The notes under the pieces were generated by a model. The model did no database searches and was not told the origin of the DNA. It saw nothing but the letters and a program-made list of their open reading frames with translations. Below, piece after piece: positions 44,616 through 57,300 of a stretch of 64,000 bases of DNA (within the stretch, counting starts at the first letter, position 1; the number at the start of each line of letters is the position of its first letter). Source of the DNA: Dehalococcoidia bacterium. Its GTDB lineage: Bacteria; Chloroflexota; Dehalococcoidia; Lucifugimonadales; JADFKI01. Both the position numbers and the translations under genes were made by a program. The DNA is taken from contig CBDCRO010000003.1 of the NCBI GenBank assembly GCA_965221045.1, positions 96,016 to 160,015 of the forward strand. Reading direction: 5' to 3'.

Positions 44616-47009
44616 TTAATCAGACGCAACCACAGCCGAATGGGGCATGCGGTATCCCACGCGAGATTCGGTGAAGATATATGTGGGGCTCTTGGCGTCA
44701 TCCTTCAACTTCCTGCGAAGGGACTTGATGAATGAACGCACTGTCCGCAGGTCGGTATGTGTGGCGGAAGTATCCGCGCGCCAGATTCGATTAAGCAGGT
44801 AATCGTGGGACAGCACTCGACCAGCGTTCATCGAAAGCTCGAAAAGAAGCTTATACTCGGTCGCTGTCAGGTGAACTTCTCGACCACCGATTGCCACATA
44901 GCGTTGGGAATAGTTTATGGTCAAGTCCCCGAACATATAGGGCTCGGAGTCGTCAGTCCAGAGGAGCGATGCCCGCTGACGCAGGACGGACCTGATTCTC
45001 GCGACTAACTCGGTATCTGAAAATGGCTTGACGATGTAGTCGGAAGCTCCCATGTCGAAGGCGCGCGCAATGTTCTGGTCTCTGCCTTGTCTCGACAGGA
45101 AGATCACAGGCACGTCTCGGATACGTTTCATCAGTTCGAAGCCGTCTGTATCTGGGAATATAAGATCCAGCAAGATAAGATGCGGCCCTTCTGTTTCAAT
45201 GAGGTCATCCATCTCATCCGGATCGTTCGTGACGATGGGGACGAAGCCTGCTTCCGAAAGGGTCTTCCGCAGATGCCACAGCATCTGCTGGTCGTGGTCG
45301 ATTGCTAGAATGCGTGACTTCTCTACACGCGAGAGTGAGGGTCTGGGTCCGGAAGGCAGTTGAAGAGTCTCGACGGGAGCATCATCTTCGCGATTGCCGC
45401 CTGCAGGAAGCGTGAACGTGAACTTCGCGCCAAGTCCGGGTCCGGCACTCTCGGCCCACATCCGCCCCCCATGTGCCTCTACGATTTCTTTGCAGGTGGC
45501 TAGATTCACCTTGCCTCCCCTTGTCTCCTCACCGCCATTTCCCCTCGAAGCGCTAGAAGTCCCGTCGAACAGGAGAGGCATCTGTTCCTCAGGAATCCCA
45601 TCACCCTCGTCCGATACCGAAATTGCGATGTCGCTTTCCTCATGGGTGGCGGCAAGAGTGAAGTTGGCATCGCAGACTGAGTTATTGCAGGCATTGGATA
45701 GCAAGTTGTCAAGAACCTCGAGAATGCGCTCCCTGTCTGCGCGCAATACGGGAGGTTTTTCATCCAAGAGAATGTCAATGGTGTGTCTCACTCCTGCCTG
45801 CAAGAACGCATTCCTCGCGTCATTGAGCAGGGACGATACGGTCACTAACTCAGGAACTAATCTGAGCCTACCGTCCTCGATTCGTGTCACGTTGAGAAGG
45901 TCCCTCACGAGGCTCTGCATATAGTCCACTTGAGCATCGATGATCTGGAGGGATTGGCGCACTTCTGCCATATTGATCGAAGGAGAGTCGCCCAATACAG
46001 TTGCCGTGGCGCCTTTGATTGTGGCCAGGGGTACTCGCAGCTTCTGGCTGATTGCGCCGAAAGTCTCGCTACGCAGCCGTTTCGCCTCCACCAACGGAGT
46101 AATGTCCTGTGCAACGGAAACCGCGGAGGTAACCTCGCCGCCTATTGAGAAGATTGGCCTGGCGCTGATGAGCGTGGGAACTTCCTGACCGTCCGGAAGG
46201 TTCAGGACCACCTCCTCGGCACGCACGATCTCGCCCGTTCTCAGCGCGCGCTGCAATGGTAGGTCTTCTTGAGGAATCTCGCGCCCATCCATATGTCGGA
46301 AGGTCACTATTTCACGGAGTTGAGCCAGATTGCGACCCGGCACACGTAGGCCCCTTACTATCCTCCTTGACTCTCGATTGGCTAGTTGAAAACTTCCATT
46401 CGCATCGACGACCAGCAGACTCACGGGCGACAAGTCGACAACGGTCTCCAGCAAGGATTGCGATCGATGCAAATCAATAAATTGGAATGCACCGGCGATG
46501 ACCGCCGCCGCAAGGGTGGCGAACCTAGCGAGGTTTTCTTGGTCGTGGAGAGTGAAATCCGGGCCACCGTTCTTTTCGACTACGTATATGCTGCCCAGGA
46601 CATCGTCGCGGTGGCAGATCACGTTTGTCAGCAGGTCGTTCGCGGCCCGGTGGTCTCTGCGGAAGCCGGCAGGCACTAGAGTGCCAGCGCTATCGCGTCG
46701 TTCGGGAACCATCCGCAAACTCTGCGGTTGCACAAGGGGTTTCAATTCTTCGTGCAAGCCCGCCAGTTGACTGATTTCTTCGGATGAAGCACCGGTCGCA
46801 ACGAAACCCACGTTGTAGCGCTCAATCTCTTCGTGCAACGCGATCGCCCCATAGCGAGCGTCAGTTAGCGCGCAGGCACCATTAATCACGCACCGTAGGA
46901 TCACTTCGAAATCACAGTCTCCGGTGCCGTGAATAACTGCGTCGCTAAGCTCGCTGAAACACTTCCGCAGCCCATCGCCTTCTCTTAACGGTCCGTTGAA
47001 TTCCTGCAT
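44616..47009 (-). CDS. paralogous GAF-PAS-HK-like-REC-wHTH fusion with degenerate kinase motifs
   Basis: The order and length (797 aa) match 35026-37425. The H-box reads AISQKLRVPLATIKG (Q in place of H). The G2 box reads GGKVNLATCKEIVEAHGG. REC region AIDHDQQ...LLDLIFPDTDG...IVKPF. wHTH region LTATEYKLLFEL...ESRVGYRM. Confidence 0.9.
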   Translation of the reverse strand: MQEFNGPLREGDGLRKCFSELSDAVIHGTGDCDFEVILRCVINGACALTDARYGAIALHEEIERYNVGFVATGASSEEISQLAGLHEELKPLVQPQSLRMVPERRDSAGTLVPAGFRRDHRAANDLLTNVICHRDDVLGSIYVVEKNGGPDFTLHDQENLARFATLAAAVIAGAFQFIDLHRSQSLLETVVDLSPVSLLVVDANGSFQLANRESRRIVRGLRVPGRNLAQLREIVTFRHMDGREIPQEDLPLQRALRTGEIVRAEEVVLNLPDGQEVPTLISARPIFSIGGEVTSAVSVAQDITPLVEAKRLRSETFGAISQKLRVPLATIKGATATVLGDSPSINMAEVRQSLQIIDAQVDYMQSLVRDLLNVTRIEDGRLRLVPELVTVSSLLNDARNAFLQAGVRHTIDILLDEKPPVLRADRERILEVLDNLLSNACNNSVCDANFTLAATHEESDIAISVSDEGDGIPEEQMPLLFDGTSSASRGNGGEETRGGKVNLATCKEIVEAHGGRMWAESAGPGLGAKFTFTLPAGGNREDDAPVETLQLPSGPRPSLSRVEKSRILAIDHDQQMLWHLRKTLSEAGFVPIVTNDPDEMDDLIETEGPHLILLDLIFPDTDGFELMKRIRDVPVIFLSRQGRDQNIARAFDMGASDYIVKPFSDTELVARIRSVLRQRASLLWTDDSEPYMFGDLTINYSQRYVAIGGREVHLTATEYKLLFELSMNAGRVLSHDYLLNRIWRADTSATHTDLRTVRSFIKSLRRKLKDDAKSPTYIFTESRVGYRMPHSAVVASD

Positions 47010-48058
47010 GGTGCCACCTTGGTTTCAAGTTAGGCCGACTTCGCACTGTAAGGCCGGCTGAATGAAACTCTCTTAGAATGCTCTCAACGCCAAAAAACTC
47101 TCCGCGGCAGTGACCGCACATGGACTCTGCCAGTGCTCCGTTATCGTAGGGGCGCTTGCGATAAGGATGTGCACCCGCCTGTCCAGCATTGCTCAACCCT
47201 GCCGAAACGCTACCGACCACCGCCAGCGAGATCCCACCTCCAGAACTTCGAGCTCTCGCGTCGTTTCCAAGCCAGCTCCTTCACATGTTCAATTTAGGCT
47301 CGTTGGCGGACAATGCCTGCCCTTCGGTTCTGTGCCCAGCTTTCCAGTCTTCGAAAGCGACGTTGCAAGGGCGGGCACCGTTCTCCAGCAACGGTTCTAC
47401 ACATCAATAGCCACTGGTATTTCAATATCGCTCGCATTGATATGTTCTGAGTATCTCGGACATCTCTGAAATCTGGAAACCACATGTGATTCCCCTTCAT
47501 TGCGACATAAGCGCTTACCGCTAGATCACCGATTGGATTTGGAATCGAATCTTCAGGTGCGTGACAGGAACGAATACTGGCGAAGGACACTACTCTCGTG
47601 GTGTAGGACGGGGCGCCGCAGGTATGTGATCTGCACCGTGGCCAAGGAGGAACTTTAATTCTTTCGCGCCTTGATACTGGTTGAAGGAACAACCGGATGC
47701 TACGTCGCCATCGTTACAATCCAAACTTCCTCTGCTGTCACGAGGAGCGCCCCAAGATTCTGGGGACAGCAGAGGCTTCAATTGTCCAATCCAATTCAAG
47801 TCCCAATGCGCTTATGTGGATTTTACAACGACGGTATGAAATTAGTATGGAAACCGTGCTGATGAATGTGAAGTTATGTTACCTATTTTATCACGCACAC
47901 TGATTTATAGGACCTTGTGCTCCGAACGGGTGGAACGAAATGACGCCCAACGCCATCATACTGCCTGTACTTTACCCCATTACTTCACATAACTGAGGCC
48001 CAATCGCGCTGGTGTAGGTGTGAGGACACCATCTAATTCGCACCTGTAGAGACCTTCA

Positions 48059-48071
48059 CCCCCCCCCCCCC
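48059..48071. repeat. homopolymeric C13 tract
   Basis: Counted directly: ...accttcaCCCCCCCCCCCCCgaattg... It lies 310 bp upstream of the ATG at 48381. Confidence 0.9.
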
Positions 48072-48380
48072 GAATTGTGAACAGATTGCGCGGCGTTCTT
48101 CACCCAACGGCGCGTGTTATTCATATTAGTTTCACGCAAGCCATGTAAACTTTTGGGTGAATCATTTAATGGGTGAGCACAACCCGTGCATTGTCAGACG
48201 AGGAGCCATTGGAATCTCAAGGCCGTACGTGGCCGCTGCGTGTCGAACCATTTCCCCTGGGAAGAATACCGTGCATCACGGCGTAAAGTCTGACTTCGCG
48301 GCCCTCATCGGCTTTCGCGCGCAGCGATATGTCTATCCAAGTTTCGCTCCCTCGTCACAACTAATGGAATCGTCATAGGG

Positions 48381-51300
48381 ATGTTCAAGAGGAGAAAATT
48401 CATGAGACTCGAAGACCATCCCCGATTGATGCCACGACGAGTGGCGTTGCTCGCCTTGCTGGTTGCGCTCGTAGCCCTGCTGCCCATCGCCTCGCCCGCC
48501 TCGGCGCAGACCCAAGGGACCATTTCTATAATTAGTATTACTCCTTCCATCAATGATGTCCAATTTACGGTAAAGACGACGAACGCCACAGTTTTTGGCG
48601 ATTTTTTTACTCGATACAGGGAAAATGGTACTGCGCAATGGATCAACGGCCCTGTAAAAAGAATTGGACTATCAGGCAGTGATGATTTTGATGTCAACAT
48701 ACAATCACTTCGCTCCGCAACCCAGTATGATCTTGAGGTCTCACTGGACACCAGCTACCCGCCCGGCGGTGGGACCGCCTCTAACACATTCACGACACTC
48801 GCACCTCCGTCTGAGGTGACGGGTGTCAGCGTGGGGAGCCTCACCCGGACGACAGTACAGGTGACGGTGACGACTGCTAACGCCGCGGGTTCGACTGTGT
48901 ATCTCCAACACCGGCAACAGAGCGCGAGCTGGGAAGTGGCAAACCGTGTCTCCCTTACCGTCCCAAGCGGCGGCACGGCTACACGCGCCCTGACAGGACT
49001 GACGGCGGGCACAAGTTACGATGTCCGGGCGTCCTTCGACAGCAGCTTCCCGGCCGGTGGGACCGCCTCCGGCACATTCACGACAGAGGCGCCCGTGGTG
49101 CCGGGCGCACCCCGGAACGTGACGGTAACCGACCAGAAAGACGGCACTCTCAGAGTGCAGTGGGATCCCCCCGCAAGCAACGGCGGCTCAGAACTGACAG
49201 ATTACAAGGTTGAATTCTACTCGGTTGACCGCCCCGAGTTCGTCAGGGTTCAGCAGCAGAGCGTAATTTTTCAGCGCAACTATGAAATACCGAGAGCTAG
49301 GTTGGTCATCGGCATCCAACACAATGTGACAGTTACTGCGAGAAATAGCGTGGGCTATGGCGCCCCGTCCCCCGAGGCGAGTGCCACGCCCACCTCCACG
49401 CCCGGCGCGCCGACCATCGTTTCCACTTCATCGACCACCGACTCCATCACGCTGAATTGGTCAGCGCCGAGCGACAACGGCGGCTTAACCATCACAAGCT
49501 ATGAAGTGGAGTGGACCGACGAATCCGACGAGAGCAATCAAACTACCGTGAACGGCATAACGCACACCATCACGGACCTGGAGGAAGCGTCCGAATACTC
49601 TGTGCGCGTCAGAGCGGTCAACGATAACGGCGGTGGCGACTGGTCCGCGATATCGGCAGTCTATACCGAAGAAGACGTTAAGCTTGAAGCGCCGGGCCCG
49701 CCTCGGAACGTGACGGCAACCGACTCAGACGACGGCAGCCTCGCAGTGCGATGGGTTGCGCCCGAAAGCGACGGCGGCGCGGATATCACCGCATACACCG
49801 TTTATTGGAAGCTGAGCGCCGCCGCCGCCTACGACGGTACTCACAGCATCAATAACCCCTCCCCGCCCCTGGAATACACAATTCCGGCAAGCAGTCTGGC
49901 CGGCGGCATGCAGTACGACGTGAAGGTGACTGCGACAAACTCTGAGGGCGATAGCGGCGACTCCAACGTGGCGAGTGCCACGCCCATAGACACGCCCGGC
50001 GCCCCTACGGTCAACGCCACCTCAATCACCACCGACTCCATCGCGCTGAGCTGGAATGTGCCGGACGCCGGCGGCGGCACCATCACAGGTTACGAAGTGC
50101 ACTGGTTGCAGTCCGATGAATTCTTTGACTTCGATGACGCGGACGGAACAGCTACTACTACCGCAACGACGTACACCATCACCAGTCTGTTGGACGGAGA
50201 ATTGTACTCCGTGCGCGTCAGGGCGGTCAACGGAAGAGGGCAGGGCGCATGGGGATACCTGCGTGCGATCTCCACTGAGGTCGGCAGGCCCGGCGTGCCG
50301 ACCATCACTAGCGTAACGCCCGGCGACGGGAAGCTCACCGTGTCATGGACTGCGCCCACAGACGGCGGCTCCGTCAGCGGCTACAAGGTGCAGTGGAAGT
50401 CGGGCTCACAGGAGTTCGGCGCCAGTCATGAGGAGGACGATGTACCATCGGGAACATCGCACACGATAACCGGGCTGACGAATGGCACGACCTACGATGT
50501 GCGGGTCTTAGCCTACAACGACTCCTACTTAGGTGAGCCTTCCAACACGATGAGCGACACGCCCGCTGCCGCAACGCCCGTGGTGGATACGCCCGGCGCG
50601 CCGACCAATGTCAGAGTGGTTCGTCCGGGCTTGGATGGTCCGGGCCATGGCGCGGGCATACTGGTATTGCATTGGAATGCGCCCTCGGATACCGGAGCTT
50701 CCGCCATTACAGGATACGAAGTGGAGTGGGCGAATAACGCTTTGTTCAACCCCCTCTTGGGCACGAAAACCTTGGGTGCAGACTCGTCGTTTACTGACAT
50801 CCAGGATCTGCCGCCAAACATCGACTACTATCTCCAGGTGAGAGCGAGTAACGGTAGCGGCGCGGGACCTTGGTCCACATCGGTATCTGCTCAGACGGCT
50901 GCAAGACCCCCGGCGCCTACCATCACCAGCGTCGTGCCCGGCGACGGAAGTCTCACCGTATCATGGACTCTTCCTGATTTCGAGGGGCTGCTTGTGTCCC
51001 AGACCTTATGTTATAGGATGGAAAGCGACAACCCGTTTCCGACGCAAGAAGAGGTTTTCAGCGGCAGGCCTTGCCCGAGATCGAAAGTACCGGCTGAAGG
51101 TGCAACATCTTTCACCATCGACGGTCTGACAAATGGCACCGAATACCAAGTGCGCATGAAAATCCGCACCTTAGTAGATTTTAGCCCTCTGTCCGATATA
51201 GTAAACGGTACGCCTGTGCTGCCCAGCGTGGTCCCCGGCGCGCCGACCCTCGACAGCGTAACGCCCGGCGACGGGAAGCTCACCGTGTCATGGACTGCGC

Positions 51301-54300
51301 CCACAGACGGCGGGCCTGTCACCGGCTACAAGGTGCAGTGGAAGTCGGACTCTCAGGAGTTCGACACCAGTCAGGGGGACGACGTAACATCGGGAACTTC
51401 GCACACGATAACCGGGCTGACGAATGACACTTCTTACGATGTGCAGGTCTTAGCCTACAATCAGATCGGCAACGGCACGCCGTCCAGCACGAGGAGCGCC
51501 ACGCCAGTTGCCGCGGCGCCCGTGCCCGGCGCGCCGGAGATCATAAACGTCACCATCATATCGCATGCTACAACCAACTCAACACTGACCTTTAGGGTCA
51601 TTGTCGAAAACGCAAACGATACGACCATCTATCTGCGGTACGGAGTTGGTGATCCACCGTCGCAATGGACCCACCTTAATGGGACAGCCTCGGACCGAAA
51701 TACTGAAGTAACGCTGACCGGGCTGACTGCCAGCACCACCTACACGGTTCAGTTCTCGCTGGACAACAGCTTCCCTGCTGACGCATCGAAGTCAAGGACT
51801 TTGACGACACCCGCAGGCACAACTCCCGGCGCGCCGATCATCACCGGGATAACGGCTGGCGACGGGACGCTCACGGTGAATTGGGATGCGCCCAAGGATA
51901 CCGGCGGCTTGACAATCATCAGCTACAAGGTGCAGTGGAGGACAGAAAATCAGACGTTCGTCGTCGGTCGTCAGAATACGGAGACCGGCACGACTTCCAC
52001 GATAACGGGTCTGACGAACGGCACTACTTACTATGTGCGGGTCATAGCTGTCAACAGTGTCGGCGATGGCACGCCGTCCAATGAGATGAGCGACACGCCC
52101 GACGGCGCGATGCCCGTGGTAGTAGCGCCCGGCGCGCCGATCCTCGACAGTGTAGCGCCCGGCGACGGGCAGCTCACCGTGTCGTGGTCAGCGCCCTCCG
52201 GCGGCGGGTCCGTCATCGGCTACAAGGTGCAGTGGAGGACGGAATCTCAGACGTTCGACGAGAATCAGCAGGAGACTACGACCGGCACGACTTTCACCAT
52301 AACCGGCCTGACGAACGGCACTACTTACTATGTGCGGGTCATAGCTGTCAACAGTGTCGGCGATGGCACGCCGTCCAATGAGATGAGCGACACGCCCGAC
52401 GGCGCGGCGCCCGTGGTGGAGGCGCCCGGTGCGCCGACCATCACCAGGATAACACCCGGCAACGGCACGCTCACAGTGTCCTGGACTGCGCCCACAAGCG
52501 GCGGGACCGTCACCGGCTACAAGGTACAGTGGAGGACGGAATCTCAGACGTTCGACGAGAATCAGCAGGAGACTACGACCGGCACGACTTTCACCATAAC
52601 CGGCCTGACGAACGGCACTATCTACCATGTGCAGGTCATAGCCTACAACGACGCCGGCGACGACAGCACGCCGTCCAACACGATGAGCGGTACCCCCGCT
52701 GCCGCGGCGCCCGTGGTGGAGGCGCCCGGTGCGCCGACCATCACCAGGATAACACCCGGCAACGGCACGCTCACAGTGTCCTGGACTGCGCCCACAAGCG
52801 GCGGGACCGTCACCGGCTACAAGGTACAGTGGAGGACGGAATCTCAGACGTTCGACGAGAATCAGCAGGAGACTACGACCGGCACGACTTTCGACATAAT
52901 GCTCCTGACGAATGGCACTATCTACCATGTGCAGGTCATAGCCTTCAACGACGCCGTCGACGGCCCGCCGTCCAATGAGATGAGTGCAACGCCCGGCGCG
53001 CTTGCTGACATGCCCACCGGCCTCGGACTGGCGCGCAGCGGTCACGGCGAGCTAACTGCGACCTGGGGAGCGCCTTCCCAGGTCGGAGGAAGCTCGATCA
53101 TGGGATATAAAGTGTACTGGAGGATTGATGCCAGCGCACTCACGTGGCCCTGGCCTGTATATATTGATGCTGCCGATGTTGGCCCGGAGGTGTTCACATA
53201 CACCATTACCGGGCTAACCAACGAACGAGTTTACAATGTCGCCGTAGTCGCGATCAACTTAGTTGGAGAGGGCGCCCCGGCCTTTGCCTTCGACACACCC
53301 TTCGCCCGCCCGACGAAGCCCGTAATCACCTCCGTCGTGGCAAATGCGGACCCGCTCTCAATCACAGTCAATTGGAACGAATCTTCAGGCAGGAACCCTG
53401 TGGCTTACAAAGTGGAATGGAAGGTCAGCACAGTCGAGTCCTGGGATCAGGCGCATTCTAATCAGATTGACATCAGTGCCTGGGCCGAAACTCTGACTTA
53501 TACCATCACCACAGACCTAACCGACAACGCCTCTCACGACGTGCGCGTGATTGCACGCAGCAACAGGGAAGACAGCGAACCGTCAGACCCCATGAGCACA
53601 ACGCCCAGTTCCGCGCCGGGAGAACCTACACTCACGGGTGTAACGCCCGGCGACGGCACGCTCGCGGTGACCTGGACCGCGCCCACGTCCAACCCAACCC
53701 CTGCACTCTACACGGTGCAGTGGAAGACGGTAGGCGAGAGCTTCGGCGCGAACGAAGAAAACGAAGAAACAGTTAATCACCCGGCGACCAGTCACACTAT
53801 CACCGGGCTGGAGAACGGAACACCCTACGATGTGCAGGTGATAGCCTCTTCCAACACGGGAGACAGCGCCCCATCCAACTCGATGTCCGGCACGCCGAGC
53901 ACGACGCCGGGCCAGCCCAGCGTCACAGTGCAACTCGGCTCGCAGCCAGGGAGCCTTCTGGTTACCTGGAGTGAGCCGGACACCGGAGGCGCGGCAATCT
54001 CGGAGTACATAGTGCAGTGGCGTACAAGCTTGCAACAATACAGCGAGACCGAGCGGATTGCACGTGAAATCACTGGAACCAGCCATACCTTCAACGTGGC
54101 CGATCCCACCGCCGAATACTTCGTGCAGGTTACGGCCGTCAACGAAAACGGCCCGGGCGCCCCGTCCCTCGAGGCGTCGGTATTCGCCAGCACGGTGCCC
54201 GGTGAGCCGAATCTCACCTCCGTGGTGATTCAGGGCGATATAACGCCGGCCAACAACACCCTCGTGGTAAGCTGGAGCGCGCCAGATGACGGCGGCGCAC

Positions 54301-57300
54301 AGATCACGGGATACAAGGTGCAGTGGAAGTCCGGCGCTCAAGAGTACAACGAGGGCGACAGGCAGCTGGTAGTAACCGCGCCGACGCTGACCGCCGAAAT
54401 CACGGGGCTCGACGGCGCCGCATCCTATGATGTGCGCGTTATAGCGGACAACGGCAGGGGACCAAGCGCCCCGTCCGGTCAGCAGACCACGATAATCCCC
54501 GGCGCTCCGAACCCGCCAACGGGCCTGACTGCGACCAGAGACTCCACTGATAGGGGAGGAAAGCTCACCCTCGAGTGGACGGCACCGGAGTCAGATCAGC
54601 AGCTGAGGCCCGTCAGCGGTTATATCGTGCGCTGGAAGTCGGACGGCGAGGATTACGACCCCGCGCAGCAGGCTCAAACCAACGATGTGAGCTTCTCGCT
54701 CGGCGGACTGGTGAACGGAACACTTTACTATGTGCAGGTGTATGCCGAGAACGATGTGGACGAGAGCGCGCCCTCCAATGAGGCGAGCGAGACGCCCGGC
54801 GCCCCGCCGGGACCGCCCGTGCTTCATGCGGCCTCCACTGACTTTGATATCAGGGTGGCGTGGGAAAGTCCAGAAGACATCGGAGGCTTTTCGATCACAA
54901 GTTTCATTGTGCAGTGGAAGTCCGATACTCAGGGTGAGGAATACAGTCCCGATAGGCTTGTAATCATACAGGACGTTGACGTTCCGGATGCCTTAGTGCA
55001 CGAGATTCGTGTGGTAAGAAACGATATTTATAGCATACGAGTGATTGCGGTCAACGATATGGGAAATGGCGAGCCGTCCGAGGTTACCGTCCGTGCCGCT
55101 ATTGCAGTCGGCGCCAGCATAGGGCCCATCACTGTTCCGTTAGACACCACCACGCAAACCAGCGCTACCGTAACGGTCAGAATCGAAAACACGGACGGCA
55201 CGGATCGCACGGTGTACCTGCGCTACCGCCCTGCCGAGACCGCGCCGGGCGGTCAGTGGACAAGAGTGTCGGAAAACACAACGGAAGACAGCGTGGACTT
55301 CACGGTGAGCAGCCTTACGGCGAACACTGAGTACGAGGTTCAGGCTTCGCTCGCGCAGGACTTCCCTGTTGATGCGCGCTCCGTCTCAAGGTTCTTTACG
55401 GCGAGCACGACGCCGGGCGTACCGACCGGCGTCACGGCCGCGCCGGTTACCGACGCGCCCGGGCAGGCGCGACTCCGCGTGAGTTGGGTCGCGGCGGACG
55501 ACGGCGGCTCGGCAATTACGGGATACACAATAGAATGGACGCCCCAGGACGGGCAGACGCAGCAAGCCACCGTCGGCGGGCAGACACTGGCTTATACTAT
55601 CGAGAACTTGACAATCGGCCAAGCTTACAGTGTAAGCGTAACCGCAGCCAACGAGCACGGCGCGGGCAGCGCGTCAACTCCCACTGTGGGTGTGCCCACC
55701 ACCGTGCCCGGCGCTCCCGGCAGTGTGAGTGTGCAGACCGGCGGAGACGGAGAACTCGTCGTCGCGTGGCAAGAACCTTCAGTGCTTGGCGGCTTGTCCG
55801 TTACCGGCTATACAGTGCAGTGGAGGTCCGGCAACGAGGAGTTCGGGCCACAACGACAGGCGTCGGTGAACGCGTCCACAGCCACATACACTATCAGGGG
55901 GCTTGCCAGCGGCGTCCAGCACGTAATAAGGGTGATGGCGCTCAACGACAATGGCGCCGGCGTTCCCTCCGTCAGCGCCACCGGCACCCCCGTCGCGGTG
56001 GCCGGTGTGCCCACTAACCTCAGCGTAACTCATGGCGACGAGACGCTCACGCTGCAATGGCAACCCCCGTCAGGTGCTGCCGGCGCGACGGTCGTGCAGT
56101 ACATTGTGCAGTGGACCGAAAGCGGTGGAAGTTTCGGCGCGCCTGAGCAGCAGGCGACCGTTTCCTCGCTGACGCTGACATATACAATTCAGAACCTGCA
56201 AAACGGCACGGCTTACGACGTGCAGGTCATTGCGGTCAATACCAGTGGCCCCAGCGAGCCGGCCTCGGCAACCGGCACTCCCAGCACAGTGCCCGGCGCG
56301 CCCGCAATCACGGACATTATCGCCGGGTCGGGCGAGCTTACAGTGAGCTGGAGTGCGCCTGACGACAATGGAGGCGCGGACATCAGCGACTATGTCGTGC
56401 AATGGAAACTCGCCAACGAGAGTTTCGGTCCTGCAACTCCGGAAGCCACAGTCAGCGGCGAAACGCTGACATACACCATATCGAATCTGCAAACCGGCAC
56501 GCCTTACGACGTGCACGTGATTGCGGTCAACACCAACGGCAGGGGCACGCCATCGGAGACGGCAAACGGCGTGCCCGTCGAGCAAGCTCTGCCCACGATA
56601 TCCGGGGTCAGCGTGGCCCCGCAGAGCATCACTATGACCGGCGCAACGATAACGGTCAGTATCGCGAACACTGATGGCAACAACCGCGCGGTGCACCTGC
56701 GCCACCGCACTGCCCCGTCGGGACAATGGGGCAGCGCTGATCCAATCGACACCGCCGAGAGCAGTGTCGAGTTCACGCTTGGCGGTCTGGTGGAGAACAC
56801 TGAATATGAAGTGCAGGCGTCTCTGGACAGCACCTTCCCATCGGACGGCAGCCGCAGCGTCCTTTTCAGCACGACAAGCACAGGTGGCACAGTGCCCGGC
56901 GCGCCCGCAATCACCAGTGTCGCAGCCGCTGATGGCAGACTTACAGTGGACTGGACCGCGTCCACGGATGACGGCGGCGCGGGCATTTCCGGCTACATTG
57001 TACAGTGGAAGTCAGGCGATGAAGAGTTCGGAGCGGAGCGAGAGGCTGCAGTGGGCGCTCAGACGCTGACATACACCATCCTGAATCTGACGAACGACAC
57101 AGCCTACGAAATGCGTGTGATTGCGGAGAACGTCCACGGCAGGGGCAATGGCTCAGTCGTGGAGAGCGGCACGCCGTCACCGGCTGCAATGCCCTTCATT
57201 TTCGGTATCGTTGTGGAAACTGGTAGCATCACCGAGAGCGAAGCCACAATCGGTGTCGGCATCGAAAACGCGGACGGAAGCATTCAGACAGTGCATCTGC

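Noticed and set aside
48055-48135. TTCAC pentamers at 48055, 48099 and 48131 were considered as OmpR-type direct-repeat operator sites.
   Set aside because: The pentamer is too short and the spacings (44 and 32 bp) are not a recognised half-site geometry. Nothing supports them beyond their presence.
52188-53045. Long antisense or alternative-frame ORFs inside the giant repeat genes and other real genes. Examples are 52188-53045(-), 53583-54341(-), 56070-56726(-), 25588-26289(+), 39174-39962(+), 40428-41069(+), 42766-43401(+), 12480-13115(-), 13540-14136(-), 14954-15517(-) and 654-1169(-).
   Set aside because: They lie entirely within much longer ORFs that have clear domain content. Their translations are low-complexity (Arg/Gly/Val-rich), and they arise from GC-rich repetitive coding sequence that lacks stops in other frames.
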